A stretch of 64,000 bases of DNA from Microcoleus sp. (GTDB lineage: Bacteria > Cyanobacteriota > Cyanobacteriia > Cyanobacteriales > Microcoleaceae), in contig CP181291.1 in the NCBI GenBank assembly GCA_052279835.1, positions 224,001 through 288,000 of the forward strand. Direction: 5' to 3'. Position 1 is the first letter of the stretch. Each line of letters begins with the position of its first letter. Under the pieces are notes generated by a model that saw only the letters and a list, made by a program, of their open reading frames with translations, ran no database searches and was not told the origin of the DNA. This document shows positions 58,156 to 64,000 of this stretch, piece by piece. The position numbers and the translations under genes are program-made.

Positions 58156-59559
58156 TCATTTAAATCCGGCAATCCGTTGATGCTGGTAGTGCTTATTAGC
58201 TGCCATCCCTAGACCCAAAAATCCCCAGAAAACCATGCCAGAAATACCAACGATCACATTTGAACCAGCTAGCATCGGCAGGAACCCCACAACAATAGCA
58301 CGAGCTGCACTGGCAAACGGATCTGACTTAGGCTTAGAGCCTTGGAACAGGCTATAAAAAATTAGGAATATCCCACTTATATAGGGAATAGCTCCCATCC
58401 AGCCCAAGGTAAGAAGTAGTTCGATAATTCCACTGTCTATCGGCTGAAGAGTTCCATTTCCCTTACCAATAACCTCACTCAACGCCAAATCTAGTGTTCT
58501 GCCGTAGAGTTCTGCTCTGTCCTTTGCACTCTGATCGTCTTTAACGTTAGACAAACTGGTTATCCGAGACTGAATGACTTGCGAAAATGGCTCGACTGTG
58601 GACAATGGAACCATACATAGAACGATCGTCAGGATAAAAGCAATTAAACGAATCTGAAAACCCCCTTTTAAAGAACTTATCAGGGTAATTAAGGCTATTA
58701 TCAACCCTCCCCAAACTGTCCGTACCGATGTTAGAAGGACAGACAAAATGCCAACTGCTAAACCAGGAATACGCAAAGTCCCTTGACCAATAAATAGTAA
58801 GATATTCCCCGCTAGCATTACTATTCCAAACTGTAAGGGCGCATTCATTGTACTCCACACTCGAAGCCCCAGGGGTTCTGGTTTTCCCATACTTGTATAT
58901 AGTTTGGTCTGTATCAGCCAGAAACGATCCCACTCAGGTGCAACTAAGTATTGATAAACGCCATAAGTTGCTGTCACTAATACACACCAAAGAAAAGTGC
59001 GCTGAATATTGTCGCGATAGCTGGGATAATCTTGCCAGTTTACAAATAAATGGTAACCAAATAGAATCGGGCTTACCCAAGCCATAAGAGAGATAATCGC
59101 CGGCACAGGTAATCCATTAATCATACCAACCAGAAAACCATAAAATACACCAATAGCAGAGAACACAAAGGGTAAGCTACCTTGTTCGCGTGCTTTAGGA
59201 AGGTTTCGGTAGAAAGTTACAATAGCGATCGTTGCCACCAGTGGGGGGGCTAATAACATGGGACTAGGATCGGTAAACCCACTGCGAAAATCCGATACAC
59301 GGCGAATAAAAGGTGTGAGGAAAAACACCCACCAAGTGAAACCTACATAGAGGATGGGATACCGCAAAAATAGGAACAGGCCGACGGCAAAAGAACCCGC
59401 CGGAAAGATGAGGTTTAGAACCTTGCCAAGACCTGCTGCAAGGCATAAGGCAGTAATCAGTAATAATCCCATGATTGCCATCCAAGCTGCCTGCGGTTCC
59501 AGTGTCAGAGAGAAGCCCTGTTTGCGAGAGTTATTCGGAATTCCCTGTATTTGACTCAT
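58156..59559 (-). CDS. O-antigen ligase / Wzy-like polysaccharide membrane protein
   Basis: Many TMs, YGVYQY, RVWSTMN.P, S.R..W, G.G, IDSG..E LL..LGW.G; lies in the GT cluster. Confidence 0.75.
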   Translation of the reverse strand: MSQIQGIPNNSRKQGFSLTLEPQAAWMAIMGLLLITALCLAAGLGKVLNLIFPAGSFAVGLFLFLRYPILYVGFTWWVFFLTPFIRRVSDFRSGFTDPSPMLLAPPLVATIAIVTFYRNLPKAREQGSLPFVFSAIGVFYGFLVGMINGLPVPAIISLMAWVSPILFGYHLFVNWQDYPSYRDNIQRTFLWCVLVTATYGVYQYLVAPEWDRFWLIQTKLYTSMGKPEPLGLRVWSTMNAPLQFGIVMLAGNILLFIGQGTLRIPGLAVGILSVLLTSVRTVWGGLIIALITLISSLKGGFQIRLIAFILTIVLCMVPLSTVEPFSQVIQSRITSLSNVKDDQSAKDRAELYGRTLDLALSEVIGKGNGTLQPIDSGIIELLLTLGWMGAIPYISGIFLIFYSLFQGSKPKSDPFASAARAIVVGFLPMLAGSNVIVGISGMVFWGFLGLGMAANKHYQHQRIAGFK

Positions 59560-59682
59560 TACTTGTTTAGGTTGGGTAAATATTTAACTAGATATTAAGT
59601 TTTAAATTTTAGCTTTTAGGAAGGTTTAACTAGGTTTTAGGTAGGAATAATTTTATTCCCTAGCACCTAACACTTGACATTT

Positions 59683-60612
59683 TTATTTTGACTGTTGCCA
59701 GGTCTCCCAAGCTTGCGAACGTCCACGTAGAGATGCTACTAATTTCTGTCCCGCTAAGCTTCCTTCTTTAGGTAGGAATCGTAACCATTGTAATAAACCA
59801 GGGGCATCTCGTGTTCCCACCAATGTTGCCCAAAATACAAATGCAGTACGTCGAGTCGATGGTAGATTTTCTAACAAAACTAAAGTTTCATTGTGTACGG
59901 CATTGAGCAAGGCAATGTCATTGAATTTATTGCGTTGATCTTCGTCAAAACGTTGTGCAGGAAAGTGATCGACTGCTACTTTGGGGTCATAGATTAGCTT
60001 CCAGCCTGCCCGTTTCAAGGCTAGACTAAATGCTAGTTCAAAGTGTACTTGCGCGCCAGTACCTCGCATCCGGGGATCGAAGTGCATTTGAGCGATCGCA
60101 CTCCTGCGAAAACTCATGTTTACACCCTTAATCACATCTACCTCGCGGGCTTCTCCCACTCCTAAATGATGTCCGCCGATCACTCTGCCAAACCACTGGA
60201 CTTGTCCTACTATTTCGCGTTCCCCCTCTTCTAACTTAGTGCCGTGATACACCCAATCCCGCCCCCCAACACCACCAATATTGCTATCTGATAAAAAGTG
60301 AGCCTCCATGCGTTCCAGCCAATCGGTGTGAGGTGCGGCATCATCATCAGTAAAAGCGATGATATCCCCACAAGCGGCATCCATCCCTACATTCATGGCG
60401 GCTACAACACCAGATACTTTCACTGTGGCAGTTCGCAGTGGCAAAAATTCAGGGTTAAATGTTTGGATAAATGCCTGAGTTTCAATATCCGTATCTCGAA
60501 CTACTACTAAGACTTCATCAGCAGGACGTTTTTGCTGTTTGAGTGCGTCTAAGCAGCGTGCTAAATCTTTCGGGCGACAGTAACTGGGAATGACAATAGA
60601 AATCTTTAGCAC
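59683..60612 (-). CDS. GT2 glycosyltransferase
   Basis: ISIVIPSY.R, AFTDDDA, GVNMSFRR. Confidence 0.92.
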   Translation of the reverse strand: MLKISIVIPSYCRPKDLARCLDALKQQKRPADEVLVVVRDTDIETQAFIQTFNPEFLPLRTATVKVSGVVAAMNVGMDAACGDIIAFTDDDAAPHTDWLERMEAHFLSDSNIGGVGGRDWVYHGTKLEEGEREIVGQVQWFGRVIGGHHLGVGEAREVDVIKGVNMSFRRSAIAQMHFDPRMRGTGAQVHFELAFSLALKRAGWKLIYDPKVAVDHFPAQRFDEDQRNKFNDIALLNAVHNETLVLLENLPSTRRTAFVFWATLVGTRDAPGLLQWLRFLPKEGSLAGQKLVASLRGRSQAWETWQQSK

Positions 60613-61733
60613 GGTTTTAGTTCCTCAAATAAATTAACATAATTACTTGCCATATTAGCCCAACTATGATGTTCGGCTATGGCTCTGGCTACTTGACCCA
60701 TTTGTTGTCTTTGTTGCCGATCGCATTTAACTAATTGATTCAACGCTTCAGCTAAAGCCTGTGTATCTTCTGAGTCTGGCAAAACTACCCCACAATCAGG
60801 TGTCACCAACTCCGCCGCCCCCGTTGTAGCAGCCGTAATCACGGGTATTCCTGTCGCCATCGCTTCCAGTACCACTAAACCAAAAGGCTCATAACGGGAC
60901 GGAAAAACTAAAAAATCTGCTGCTTTCATCAAGTTGGGGACATCTTGCCGGAATCCCAGAAAATGCACCCGATTTTCTAATTTTAAATATCGCGCTAACT
61001 CAGGATAGGGACTACCTGCGGTTCCACCCACAACTGCGAGGTGCAATTGGGGAACTTGCACTAAGGAATGGAGGACTGTATCCAAGTTTTTCCGAGGTGT
61101 GCGGATATCTCCAGCAAATAGCGCCAGAGGCACTTCCTCTGGTAAACCCCATTTTTGCCGATCGACCATACCGGGAGCAAATTCTTGTAGATCAATGCCA
61201 TTTAAGATCGTCCGAATGCGATCGCGTGGAACACCGATCGCCATTAATTCTTGGGCTACTTTCTCAGAAACGGCTACTACGACTTTTGCGCGATCGAAGG
61301 CTTTGTGTTCCCAATTAGCATTTAAGGCAGTGTAAAGCCGCTGATAAGTGCCACGCAAGCTCAGATTTTGTGCTGAGAGATTGAAGGGCGATCGCAACCA
61401 GGAACTATGGACAAAATGCACTGCATTCACATCTGCCCTAGCTGAAGTAATAGCACCATTGAGTTTGATTAAGTCGAATTCTTTTTGCTGTTTATTTAAC
61501 CACCAAGCACTTTGAGTAGAGAAAGCCATTTCGCGAACAAGTTGCAATGGATATCCTTTAACTGGAATCGGAATCCAATTGACTTGACTATTTTGTTGCA
61601 GTGCCGAATCTACACTACTTGCTAACAAAGTAACATGATGACCGCGCCGAATCGCTTCCCAGGCAACCTCATAGTTTACCCGTCCTTGACCGTCGCCTTT
61701 CATGACTTTGTGTGTAACGAGGCAAAGCTTCAT
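60606..61733 (-). CDS. GT4 glycosyltransferase
   Basis: AVSEKV, NGID, KNL, FPSRYEPFGLVVLEAMATG. Confidence 0.92.
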   Translation of the reverse strand: MKLCLVTHKVMKGDGQGRVNYEVAWEAIRRGHHVTLLASSVDSALQQNSQVNWIPIPVKGYPLQLVREMAFSTQSAWWLNKQQKEFDLIKLNGAITSARADVNAVHFVHSSWLRSPFNLSAQNLSLRGTYQRLYTALNANWEHKAFDRAKVVVAVSEKVAQELMAIGVPRDRIRTILNGIDLQEFAPGMVDRQKWGLPEEVPLALFAGDIRTPRKNLDTVLHSLVQVPQLHLAVVGGTAGSPYPELARYLKLENRVHFLGFRQDVPNLMKAADFLVFPSRYEPFGLVVLEAMATGIPVITAATTGAAELVTPDCGVVLPDSEDTQALAEALNQLVKCDRQQRQQMGQVARAIAEHHSWANMASNYVNLFEELKPC

Positions 61734-62875
61734 CTAATACCTCTTTTCTGAGACAAAGCAGCTTCATAGAAAGCCTGATTATCGCGAGCAATCCGTTGCC
61801 AACTATACTTTTGTGCCGTAGCATAGGCATTACGGCGCAATTTTTCCAGGTACGGGCGGTCTGTAATTAAACGCTCCAAAGCTTGCTCGATCGCCTGACT
61901 GTCACGCGGCGGAACTAAAATGCCATTATCTCGATCGCGCACTACTTCCATCGGCCCTGGAGTTGTGGTAGTGACAGGGGCTAAACCGGAAGCCATAGCA
62001 TCCATCAGGGCAACGCTAAAACCTTCCGAGAGGGTAGGAAAAAGCTTGATATGATGTCCGCGTAAAAGTTCTGGCGTAGTTTCATGTTGGTAGCGTGGCA
62101 CAACTCGAATGCGATCGCGTACAGATGGCTCGAAATCTGCATGAACCTGCGCTTCTGGACAGCAAGTCCCCACAAAACTCACCTCTACTTGGGGATAACG
62201 GGCAAGAATTTTATTTAATGCCGGAACACCATAATGAATACCTTTACGAGGGATATAAGTTGCCAATAAGGCGATGCGAATAACTGAATCTTCTGCTTCT
62301 GGCGTTGGCTCAAAATCCAGATTGAGAAAAGCCTCTGGAATTCCATTAGCTAAAATACGAGTCCGCCCAAAATCAACCCCTAATTTTTCAACAGCATACT
62401 CTAAATCACGCCGATTACTGAATAAGCTCAAATCTGCATCCCGCAGAGAATTGGCCACTTCCCAGAGTCGGAAACCTCCATGATAGAGCGGATATTTCCA
62501 ACTCAAGTTTAAGTTGCCAACGCGGGCTTCTTCTAAGTTTTCCAAATGCATAATATGCTCAAGACCGTGACTCCGCGTTACCAAAGCCGGACTATTAGAG
62601 GTACGACGCATTTTTGCCCACACCCAGGCATCTCCAGTTGAAGCATCTACAACATCAACACCTTGTTTTTGGGAGAGTGCCAATATGTGACTAGCCACAA
62701 ATTCAGGAAACATCATCGACTCTAGCATTTCTGGCAATTTGTGTGGCAGATTATCAAAAGAGTAATACTCTACTTCATGACCCAGCTTTTGATATTCCTG
62801 ACCTAGTTTCCATGTTACTCCCGGAGCGCCAGAATTGGGGTCTAGATTGTGATGAATCGTGAGTAAGATTTTCAT
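61730..62875 (-). CDS. GT4 glycosyltransferase
   Basis: SHG, NGI, RKG, FPTLSEGF..ALMDAMASG, YSW..IA. Confidence 0.9.
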   Translation of the reverse strand: MKILLTIHHNLDPNSGAPGVTWKLGQEYQKLGHEVEYYSFDNLPHKLPEMLESMMFPEFVASHILALSQKQGVDVVDASTGDAWVWAKMRRTSNSPALVTRSHGLEHIMHLENLEEARVGNLNLSWKYPLYHGGFRLWEVANSLRDADLSLFSNRRDLEYAVEKLGVDFGRTRILANGIPEAFLNLDFEPTPEAEDSVIRIALLATYIPRKGIHYGVPALNKILARYPQVEVSFVGTCCPEAQVHADFEPSVRDRIRVVPRYQHETTPELLRGHHIKLFPTLSEGFSVALMDAMASGLAPVTTTTPGPMEVVRDRDNGILVPPRDSQAIEQALERLITDRPYLEKLRRNAYATAQKYSWQRIARDNQAFYEAALSQKRGIR

Positions 62876-62900
62876 AAATTTAAAGTCGGTGATTGCTGTT

Positions 62901-63761
62901 TTATGAACTAGAATTTCTAAAACGGCGAAGATATATCCAGATTAGTGGAACACCGACGAGCAACTCGATGAACCAAACACAGGACGATTTTAGCTTTCGA
63001 TCTCGTAAAAAACGCAGGAGACATGAAAGACTATACTTGAATTGGAACCAGGTTAAACCCAAAACATCCTCAGAAGAGCCAAAGAATTTTCTATGTTTAT
63101 TCATATGATAGGCTGTAGCGATTGAACGCTTTGGTATCCTAGCTATAGCCTCTTTCAAAGTCGTTCTTTCTACCGGATGAAAAACAATAGCTTCAGGGAC
63201 AAAAAGGATTGTAGTATGTAGGGAAACCCGCTCTTTTAAATCTACATCCTCATGGCAAGCATAAGGGTAGTTAGGATCAAACCCTGCCACTTTTTCAAAC
63301 AATGAGCGATGAATAGCTATGTTTGCAGACCAGAAACACCCACCATAAAGGTTGATAGGGCATGAATTTAAATCTTGGTTCTCGTAGTCTCCCAAGGGAT
63401 GAATAGCACCCTCTAGAGCCAAAGCCGATCCTTTGGTCGAAGCTACAAAAGCACTCAACCAATCTGGTTCTGGTAAACAATCGTCATCTGTAAAAGCCAA
63501 CCATTCACTCTGAGCATATTTTGCTCCATTATTTCTATTAACTGCTGGTCCTTTGCGAGGAGCAGCAACCCATTTCACCCAGGGATAATCGTCACGAACC
63601 ATCTCCTCAGCCGTTGTTTTAGAGCCATCATCGGTAACTATTACTTCATACTGCTCTGCTGGTAATATCTGAACCCCAGGCTTTAGGCAATCCAAACATT
63701 TCCTCAGCAATTCATTGCGGTGGTAGGTGGGAATAACAACACTAATCTTGATTTGGCTCAT
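62901..63761 (-). CDS. GT2 glycosyltransferase
   Basis: ISVVIPTY.R, VTDDGS, GPA.NRN.GA, AFTDDDC.P, EDVDL. Confidence 0.92.
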   Translation of the reverse strand: MSQIKISVVIPTYHRNELLRKCLDCLKPGVQILPAEQYEVIVTDDGSKTTAEEMVRDDYPWVKWVAAPRKGPAVNRNNGAKYAQSEWLAFTDDDCLPEPDWLSAFVASTKGSALALEGAIHPLGDYENQDLNSCPINLYGGCFWSANIAIHRSLFEKVAGFDPNYPYACHEDVDLKERVSLHTTILFVPEAIVFHPVERTTLKEAIARIPKRSIATAYHMNKHRKFFGSSEDVLGLTWFQFKYSLSCLLRFLRDRKLKSSCVWFIELLVGVPLIWIYLRRFRNSSS

Positions 63762-64000
63762 GGTTTTTTTCTTGTTTCCTCATATACATCTAGAAGACTT
63801 TGACCAAATGCGTGTCTCGAAAATAACCTATTTGCTCTTTCCCAAGCAGATTGTCGTTGAGAGAAGAGGTTACTATTGCACAATTCAAACACCTTGTCTC
63901 TGAATTCTTTCTCAGAACCTAGAGAATAGAGAATTCCCGTATCTCCAACAATTTCATCGAATGGGGATATATCTGGAGCAACGATGATCAATCCTTGACC
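63758..64000 (-). CDS. GT-B glycosyltransferase, C-terminal part (runs off the window end)
   Basis: IIVAPDI..F.EIVGDTGILY...FS C-terminal GT-B pattern; stop overlaps the next gene start. Confidence 0.7.
   Translation of the reverse strand, partial: GQGLIIVAPDISPFDEIVGDTGILYSLGSEKEFRDKVFELCNSNLFSQRQSAWERANRLFSRHAFGQSLLDVYEETRKKP

Overview
A 64-kb chromosomal window from a filamentous cyanobacterium, probably Oscillatoriales (Microcoleus/Kamptonema-like). This assignment is inferred from the dense HIP1 octamer GCGATCGC, heptamer repeats and genes such as ndhD, petF and bvdR. Housekeeping, regulatory and stress genes include dndC, ndhD, tldD, bioF, a CHASE/PAS/GAF histidine kinase, a CLC-CBS-USP anion transporter, a Fur-family regulator, an RsbW/RsbU/RsbV-type partner-switching trio, srxA-dps, petF and bvdR. 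An exopolysaccharide glycosyltransferase cluster fills 51.7-64 kb. Mobile DNA comprises two tnpA-less IS200/IS605 elements, an IS607 remnant and several MITE families. Two small genes missing from the ORF track were read by hand: a PirA-like protein (12128-12277, with an NtcA box) and an RHH protein inside the first IS. Main leads: (i) a 28.5-34.3 kb conflict-type islet, where a Panacea toxin-antitoxin pair is bracketed by a HIP1-anchored duplication of the amidohydrolase 3' end, next to a 5'-truncated ATPase and a TPR-nSTAND protein carrying an in-frame MITE; (ii) two divergent TnpB genes share closely similar ends whose guide and target tetranucleotides co-vary (GAAG/TCAC versus AAAG/TTAC); (iii) a CLC with Gln at the gating glutamate; (iv) an orphan near-consensus promoter divergent from pirA. 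No tRNA, rRNA or CRISPR array was seen. All family calls come from motif recognition by eye, not database searches.
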